Source: a virus (Duplodnaviria > Caudoviricetes). From it: a stretch of DNA of 36,089 bases. Positions 35,930 through 36,089 of this stretch are shown here, piece after piece. Below the pieces are notes generated by a model, which made no database searches, was not told the origin of the DNA, and was given only the letters and a program-made list of their open reading frames with translations. Position 1 is the stretch's first letter. Each line of letters starts with the position of its first letter. Position numbers and translations under genes: made by a program. The stretch lies in the IMG/VR virus record IMGVR_UViG_3300037785_000007, positions 1 through 36,089 of that record. One strand, written 5' to 3'.

Positions 35930-36089
35930 GGTTGCCAGATTCTGTTTCAAGGCTCTGGCGGGCCCATGAAGATCATGCTGCTAGAGCAAGAGCCTCAGGT
36001 GCTGCGTTAGTGTTTGCAGTTGTTTGGTTCGACCGAATATCGTAGGTCAACACGGTAGCCTCTACTTTCATTTCACACCTGTCGATCCT
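35930..36089 (-). ncRNA. ssrA: tmRNA coding portion (5' end just beyond the window), probably the permuted two-piece type
   Basis: AGGATCGAC near the 5' end; pk1 CGTG/TACG plus TTGACC/GGTCGA; AACT before the resume codon GCA. The tag frame 36017-35973 encodes ANTNAAPEALALAA*. It is followed by hairpin CATGA/TCATG and pseudoknot GGGC/GCCT plus GCCAGA/TCTGGC with an AACAGAA loop. Confidence 0.88.

Noticed and set aside
35903-35950. N-terminal extension of the OMP ORF (start 35950 in the track)
   Set aside because: The extension overlaps the tmRNA pseudoknot. The ATG at 35902 has an SD and begins a clean signal peptide.

Overview
This window is part of a T4-like (myovirus-type) phage genome, covering the tail-fibre and baseplate modules and the start of a replication/late-transcription block. 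The minus-strand operon(s) at 1-29079 encode gp48, gp53, a gp27-like hub, gp5 split into two genes, an M15 peptidase, gp25, gp6, gp7, gp8 and a VrlC-like giant protein. They continue with a short fibre, a gp38-like adhesin and several fibre genes built from a 90-aa HxH repeat. The plus-strand operon at 29116-33434 encodes gp4, gp2, a gp54/gp19-like protein, gp26, a start-less gp51 frame and a tape-measure-like gene. The minus strand at 33479-36089 carries gp32, gp59, gp33, a small ORF, a small outer-membrane beta-protein and the coding part of a tmRNA (tag ANTNAAPEALALAA). The tmRNA looks like the permuted two-piece type, which points to an alphaproteobacterial host. The main signals missing from the ORF track are the tmRNA, a -1 frameshift cassette (T TTT TTT plus a 9-bp hairpin) fusing gp26 to gp51 just before the tape measure, an RBS-sequestering leader overlapping a late promoter, and a palindromic divergent late-promoter pair. 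All family assignments come from motif recognition and synteny, not database searches.
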